Below the pieces are notes generated by a model, which was not told where the DNA came from, did no database searches, and saw nothing but the letters and a program-made list of their open reading frames with translations. This document shows positions 59,278-64,000 of a stretch of 64,000 nt of DNA, piece after piece (within the stretch, counting starts at the first letter, position 1; every line of letters starts with the position of its first letter). The DNA is from Flavobacteriaceae bacterium (lineage in GTDB: Bacteria > Bacteroidota > Bacteroidia > Flavobacteriales > Flavobacteriaceae). Position numbers and translations under genes: made by a program. Where the stretch lies: positions 293 through 64,292 of the forward strand of contig QXZA01000027.1 of NCBI GenBank assembly GCA_009886625.1, read 5' to 3'.

Positions 59278-59418
59278 AATTACATCCAAATTTTTAGAAG
59301 CTTCTATTTAAAAATAAAAAACTAATATCAAGAATCCTCATGCAAAAATTTCCAATAATATTTAAGCAGCTTTAAAGAGCATTAATTACTAGGCATGCAC
59401 TTCTTTTTACCCGATCAA

Positions 59419-59829
59419 TTAGTACTTTGTTTTTGGGATGACCGATCCGTGTGGATCCAAGTTTGTATCTCCCAAAATTTCGCGCATACGATTGAAAAAT
59501 TTTGAATTTTCTATATGCTCTATTTCCTCAGCAATATCATGAACCTCGTCCAATGCAAAATGCATTTTATTCACTAAATACAACTCAATCAAACGATGTT
59601 TTGATATAATTTCAATGGCCTTCACTCTACCTGCATCGGTCAATAAGATTGGTTTATACGGCTGTGTATCAACATACCCCATTTTGACTAATTTTTTGAT
59701 CATATTTGACACGGTGGACTTACTCACCTTAAAATATTCGCTGAGCTCTGTAACTGATATTTCTTTACTATTCTCCTCAAACTTATAAAATGCTTTAAGG
59801 TAGTTTTCTTTTTCTGTAGTTTTCTTCAT
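59419..59829 (-). CDS. DtxR/MntR-family metal-dependent transcriptional regulator (no SH3-like C-domain)
   Basis: 136 aa. ENYLKAFYKF...ISVTELSEYFKVSKSTVSNMIKKLVKMGYV (wHTH), then HRLIELYL...VHDIAEEIEHI (metal-site/dimerisation helices). Confidence 0.8.
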   Translation of the reverse strand: MKKTTEKENYLKAFYKFEENSKEISVTELSEYFKVSKSTVSNMIKKLVKMGYVDTQPYKPILLTDAGRVKAIEIISKHRLIELYLVNKMHFALDEVHDIAEEIEHIENSKFFNRMREILGDTNLDPHGSVIPKTKY

Positions 59830-59835
59830 ATTGAT

Positions 59836-59852
59836 GTTTTGTAGTGCAAAAC
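59836..59852. promoter_or_regulatory. candidate operator 1 (17-bp palindrome)
   Basis: GTTTTG-TAGTG-CAAAAC lies in the 55-bp spacer between the divergent regulator and receptor genes. Confidence 0.55.
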
Positions 59853-59861
59853 AATTGGTTA

Positions 59862-59878
59862 GTTTTGCAGTGTAAAAC
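59862..59878. promoter_or_regulatory. candidate operator 2 (17-bp near-palindrome)
   Basis: GTTTTG-CAGTG-TAAAAC lies 26 bp (start to start) from operator 1. Confidence 0.55.
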
Positions 59879-59884
59879 TTTAGT

Positions 59885-62125
59885 ATGTATCTGCGACTTC
59901 TTGCTTTTGTCCTTTTTTGTCAATTTACTTTTGCTCAGCAAACCTTAACAGGTACTGTTTATGCTGAAAAAATTCCCCTAGGGGGAGCTGCTGTGATTAT
60001 CAAAGGAACCAACCAAGGAACTATCACAGATGCATCAGGAATATTTTCCTTATCCTTTTCGAAGATAAAGAATCCAAAAGTAATGATCTCCTATCTGGGA
60101 TATAAAACCTTCATCCAAAAGATCAAACAAACAGATAAAGACCTAGGTAATATCCATCTGTTTCCCAATGATGAGTTGGAAGAAGTCGTTGTTTCGGGCA
60201 CTCTAAAACCTGTCTCAAAACTCAAAAGTGCTGTCCCAGTAGAGGTGTACTCTAAACGTTTCTTCCAGTCGAACCCAACTCCTTCGATTTTTGAGGGGCT
60301 AGAAATTGTAAATGGAATTCGACCTCAACTCAATTGTAATGTTTGCAATACGGGCGATATTCACATCAACGGTCAAGAGGGAAGTTATACCATGATAATA
60401 ATCGATGGTTTGCCTATAGTGAGTGGCCTTTCAACGGTTTACGGTCTCTCCGGTATTCCTCAATCATTGATCGAAAGGGTAGAAATTGTCAAAGGACCAG
60501 CTTCCACCTTGTATGGTTCAGAGGCCATTGGTGGTGTTATTAACCTAATCACTAAAATTCCAGAAAATGCAGCAAAACTTACATTTGACTCCTTTGTTTC
60601 TGGCTGGGGAGAATTAACTACTGATCTTGGGTACAAATACAAACTGGGAAAAGAGGCAAAAGGACTCCTGGGAATAAATTATGTCAATTACGCCAACCCA
60701 ATCGATAAAAACGAGGATGGGTTTACGGACCTAACCCTCCAGGACCGCATTTCTGTTTTCAATAAAATTGACGTTGGAAAACGTTTCTCATTGGCCAGTC
60801 GATTTGTCTATGAAGATCGTTGGGGTGGTGAAACGAATTGGAACAAATCTTTTCGTGGTGGAAATGAAGTATATGGGGAAAGCATTTACACCAGTAGAGT
60901 GGAACTTTTTGGCCAGTATACAATCAATGATGCTGCTTCATTTCAAATCAGTTTCAACGATCATAACCAAAACTCGGTCTATGGAACAACCCATTTCAAA
61001 GCTGATCAAACTATTGGTTTTGGGCAATTCATATGGAATAAAAAGATCACCAAACACGACCTTCTTTTCGGAGCTGCCTTTCGCTATAGCTATTACGATG
61101 ACAACACTACAGCAACCTTTAATGATTTACTTGGAATCAATCAAGTTGAAAAAACAAGCCTACCTGGTATTTTTATCCAAGATGAAATTAAATTAAGTCA
61201 ACAGCAAACAATGCTTGTGGGGTTGCGCTACGATTACAATTCACTTCATGGCAGTATATTGACACCACGCTTAAACTATAAAGTAAGTAATAAAGACCTA
61301 AGCTCTACCCTCCGCCTCAGCGTGGGCTCGGGATATCGGGTTGCACAAGTATTCACCGAAGACCATGCGGCCTTGACCGGCGCACGAGAAGTAATATTTG
61401 TGAATGATCTAGACCCTGAACAATCATGGAATGCTAATTTAAACTATGTCTATAAATTGTATCTCAGTCAAGGCCATATCTTAGAATTTGACGCAAGCCT
61501 TTTTAGAACCAACTTTTCGAATAAAATCATCCCCGATTATGACACCAACCCCAATCAGATTATTTACGATAATCTAGAAGGTAAAGCGATCAACCAAGGG
61601 GCTTCGATCAATTTTAATGGTGTTTTTCTAAATGGCTTAAGAATTAATTTAGGGCTAACTTATATTGATGCCTTTATCCAATCTGAAGGAACCAAAAGTC
61701 GTCCTTATTTGACAGAAAGATTTCAGGGAGTTTGGAGGGTGGAACAAAAATTTAGGGAAGCCAATCTAAGCATTGATTTGACTGGAACCTTGACTGGACC
61801 ACTAAAACTTCCATTATTAGGAGAATTGGATCCAAGAGATCAATTTTCCCCCACATTCAGCATCATCAACCTTCAGTTAACCAAAGTTTGGCAGAATAGG
61901 TATGAGCTTTATGGAGGTGTCAAAAATCTACTCAATTTTACACCCGCGAAGAATAGTATTGCTCGCGCTTTTGATCCTTTTGACAACGGAGTTGATTTTG
62001 ATCCCATTGGAAATGTACAATCCACTGATGAAAACCCATATGCCCTAAGCTTTGACCCCAGCTATGTTTATGCATCCAATCAGGGAATTCGCCTCTTTTT
62101 AGGGTTTCGATGGAATATGAACTAA
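59885..62125 (+). CDS. TonB-dependent receptor with N-terminal carboxypeptidase-regulatory-like domain
   Basis: Signal peptide, TLTGTVYAEKIPLGGAAVIIKGTNQGTITDASGIFSL (CarbopepD_reg-like), plug motif VEIVKGPASTLYGSEAIGGVINLITK, and a long beta-barrel. Confidence 0.88.
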   Translation: MYLRLLAFVLFCQFTFAQQTLTGTVYAEKIPLGGAAVIIKGTNQGTITDASGIFSLSFSKIKNPKVMISYLGYKTFIQKIKQTDKDLGNIHLFPNDELEEVVVSGTLKPVSKLKSAVPVEVYSKRFFQSNPTPSIFEGLEIVNGIRPQLNCNVCNTGDIHINGQEGSYTMIIIDGLPIVSGLSTVYGLSGIPQSLIERVEIVKGPASTLYGSEAIGGVINLITKIPENAAKLTFDSFVSGWGELTTDLGYKYKLGKEAKGLLGINYVNYANPIDKNEDGFTDLTLQDRISVFNKIDVGKRFSLASRFVYEDRWGGETNWNKSFRGGNEVYGESIYTSRVELFGQYTINDAASFQISFNDHNQNSVYGTTHFKADQTIGFGQFIWNKKITKHDLLFGAAFRYSYYDDNTTATFNDLLGINQVEKTSLPGIFIQDEIKLSQQQTMLVGLRYDYNSLHGSILTPRLNYKVSNKDLSSTLRLSVGSGYRVAQVFTEDHAALTGAREVIFVNDLDPEQSWNANLNYVYKLYLSQGHILEFDASLFRTNFSNKIIPDYDTNPNQIIYDNLEGKAINQGASINFNGVFLNGLRINLGLTYIDAFIQSEGTKSRPYLTERFQGVWRVEQKFREANLSIDLTGTLTGPLKLPLLGELDPRDQFSPTFSIINLQLTKVWQNRYELYGGVKNLLNFTPAKNSIARAFDPFDNGVDFDPIGNVQSTDENPYALSFDPSYVYASNQGIRLFLGFRWNMN

Positions 62126-62211
62126 ACAAGGAATAAGAGTAAAACCTAAAAAAAGGTCCATCGGTTATTAAGTTTTTTTCTTCTTTACAAAAAGCCATTT
62201 CAATAAAGCTG

Positions 62212-62642
62212 ATGTTAATACTACTTTACTTTTTATTTATCGATTTTTTAGCGTTTTCAAGCTAGGCGCACAAGAAAAAGAAGCGATAAGCACTTACTAC
62301 CTCATTCGTCGCAGAGAAAATATAATCATCGATCAATCTAATAGAAATTCAGATTTAAATTCTATTGGAAAAGAACACATTACTTTGGACAGAGACACTC
62401 AAAACAGTTTATTTCGATGCTATCTATTCGATCCATTACATCCGTACACAAAAAACTGCATGCCCATTGCCAAACAGAAAGAACTAGGTATTCTCCCCTA
62501 CAATATAAGAACACTATTTGATAAAAAATCCCAAGAATTAACTGTTGGGAAAACAATATTATTTGCTGAGCATACAAACTACCCCTGCTTTTGTCAACGC
62601 AATTTAAGGAATATAAAAAATTACTTCCTTAGAAGACAATGA
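62212..62642 (+). pseudogene. decayed histidine-phosphatase (SixA/PGAM-like) gene
   Basis: Signal peptide MLILLYFLFIDFLAFSS* is in one frame. The neighbouring frame continues ...FKLGAQEKEAISTYYLIRRRENIIIDQSNRN...VGKTILFAEHTNY... The canonical RHxE reads RRRE and GHSN reads EHTN. A frameshift near the T-runs at about 62230-62250 is needed. Confidence 0.45.
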
Positions 62643-62872
62643 TTACATCGGTTTATTCATTCATTGATATAGGAAAAACGAGGCAATTCCATTTTGTTAA
62701 ACATCCCCCCTTTCACGACTCAATTTAAAAACCAAAAACTATAATTTAAAATCTAGTATTCAAAATACTAGGCGAAAAATTAATCAAATACTTTTACAAA
62801 ATATCTTAAGAAGATGAAAAATGATTCAAGTAAATTAATTATATTTATTGAACAATCATAACCAATACTGTT

Positions 62873-63397
62873 TTGAAAACTTCACTCAGAGATTACTGGG
62901 AGGTAATAAATTACAATTACGAACAAATACGCTTCGCCGAAATCAAATCAAGTGTTATTATATCGGTATTTAGTCTTGTCTTTACTTTTGCTTACACTAT
63001 AGATATTTTGGATGAAGAAAACGTATATGTTTTTGAATTAAACAAGCCTACCGACTATATTATCTTGTTTTCAATATTCCCTGTGATCTATTTTACGTTT
63101 ATCTCTTTTGTTTCCTGTGTCAAATGTTTCTTGCCGCGTTTAAAAAAGTCAGCAATAAATTCACCTTTATTTTTTGGAGATGTTGCAATGGGATATCAAG
63201 ACTTTGAGACCTATAATAAGGATTTGAACTCTTTATTGACAGATGATGAACAATACAAAAAGCACTTAGCACATATGGTCTATGCTACCGCAAATATTGC
63301 ATTTACAAAATTCAAACATGTGAACGCTGCAATACGTTCACTCATCAAAACAATCATAAGCCTTACACTATTTCTAATCTTATTATATATACTTTAA
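62873..63397 (+). CDS. 3-TM membrane protein resembling PycTM/SLATT-type cyclic-nucleotide-activated effectors (orphan)
   Basis: 174 aa, TTG start. N-terminal YEQIRFAEIKSSVIISVFSLVF (TM1), TM2, then SPLFFGDVAMGYQDFETYNKDL...HMVYATANIAFTKFKHVNAAI and a C-terminal TM. The pattern matches my recollection of the Pycsar TM-effector domain. Not verified. Confidence 0.4.
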   Translation: MKTSLRDYWEVINYNYEQIRFAEIKSSVIISVFSLVFTFAYTIDILDEENVYVFELNKPTDYIILFSIFPVIYFTFISFVSCVKCFLPRLKKSAINSPLFFGDVAMGYQDFETYNKDLNSLLTDDEQYKKHLAHMVYATANIAFTKFKHVNAAIRSLIKTIISLTLFLILLYIL

Positions 63398-63410
63398 AAT
63401 AAATCAATCA

Positions 63411-64000
63411 TGAAAAATTTAATTTATCTACTATTACTAAGCGTAACCTTAATTTCTTGTTCAGAAGAAAAACAAGTGAAACGGATTGAATGGACATCAA
63501 CTTCTGAGGAGGCAAAAGTTTTATTTGAAGAGTTTCTTTCTAACATGGAAAATCGTAGATGGAATCCTAAAAGACAAGAATTGCTAATGGACTCAATTTT
63601 AAAATTAGATCCAAATTTTTTAATGGCAAAAAGATCTAATAATTTCAAAACGAGCAAGGAGACAAGAGAAAACTTAATTTATGCCTATGAAAATAGAGAA
63701 AAGGTTAGTGATATTGAATCTAGACTTATTGCAGCAAATTACGAAAGAAGAATCAATGGTAGTTTAGTTAGAGAGGATCAAATCATTGACTCATTAATCG
63801 AAGATAATAAGGACTACTTCCAACTAAGAATATTATCTGGAGATATAAAAAATAGGTTAGCTAATCCAAAAGGCTCAGATCAAAGATGGAAAGAAGCGCT
63901 TGAGATAAATCCTAACTCATTTGAAGGACTTGTTAATAGGGCATTTCTTCATTTTCCTACAGGTAATAATTTTATAATGCTTGCTTCGGATGAACGTGAC
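63411..64000 (+). CDS. lipoprotein with helical repeats; 3' end runs off the window
   Basis: The frame is open from ATG 63411 to the window end (not in the track). Lipobox VTLISC. The pre-ATG context ATAAATCAATC resembles the accessory-locus module. Confidence 0.55.

Noticed and set aside
54204-59418. Classical tRNA-linked genomic island or integron.
   Set aside because: There is no integrase, recombinase or transposase ORF on either strand. I found no direct repeat of the tRNA-Ser 3' end downstream, and the spacer repeats do not resemble attC sites. I keep only the weaker cassette-like description.
62126-64000. A complete Pycsar/CBASS-like defence operon.
   Set aside because: No nucleotide cyclase, SMODS, TIR or nuclease ORF lies adjacent to the TM protein within the window. 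Only the putative effector-like gene is present.

Overview
This is an AT-rich chromosomal segment that looks like a Flavobacteriia (Bacteroidota) genome. The signs are TTTG/TAnnTTTG-type promoter candidates, no obvious Shine-Dalgarno use, a TonB-dependent receptor with an N-terminal carboxypeptidase-regulatory-like domain, an argF'-type arginine operon, and the ftsK-lolA-lptFG-ribBA gene order. About 80% of the window is ordinary housekeeping. It holds pssA (partial), lnt, a PduO-type adenosyltransferase, secA, an ilvD-B-N-C-A operon, two aldehyde dehydrogenases, dsbD-tilS, a nine-gene arginine operon, lpdA, nhaC, katG, ftsK-lolA-lptF/G-ribBA and one tRNA-Ser(UGA). I found no CRISPR array, rRNA, transposase, integrase or recognisable complete defence system. 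The non-housekeeping part starts just 3' of tRNA-Ser (about 54.2 kb) and runs to the window end. It contains small secreted or lipoprotein ORFs separated by repeated intergenic modules: a shared terminator family, a 79-bp repeat and a shared ~40-nt pre-ATG module. It also has a 600-bp non-coding gap with eight A-tracts phased at ~10.3 bp, a tandem pair of paralogous secreted proteins, and a DtxR/MntR-type regulator facing a TonB-dependent receptor across two near-identical 17-bp palindromes. Beyond that lie a decayed histidine-phosphatase gene and an orphan 3-TM protein that resembles PycTM/SLATT-type membrane effectors. That accessory stretch is my best candidate for something undescribed, but its function is inference only. 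Several gene remnants (a yifB/comM C-terminus, a MopE-like repeat protein, a histidine phosphatase) point to past rearrangement.
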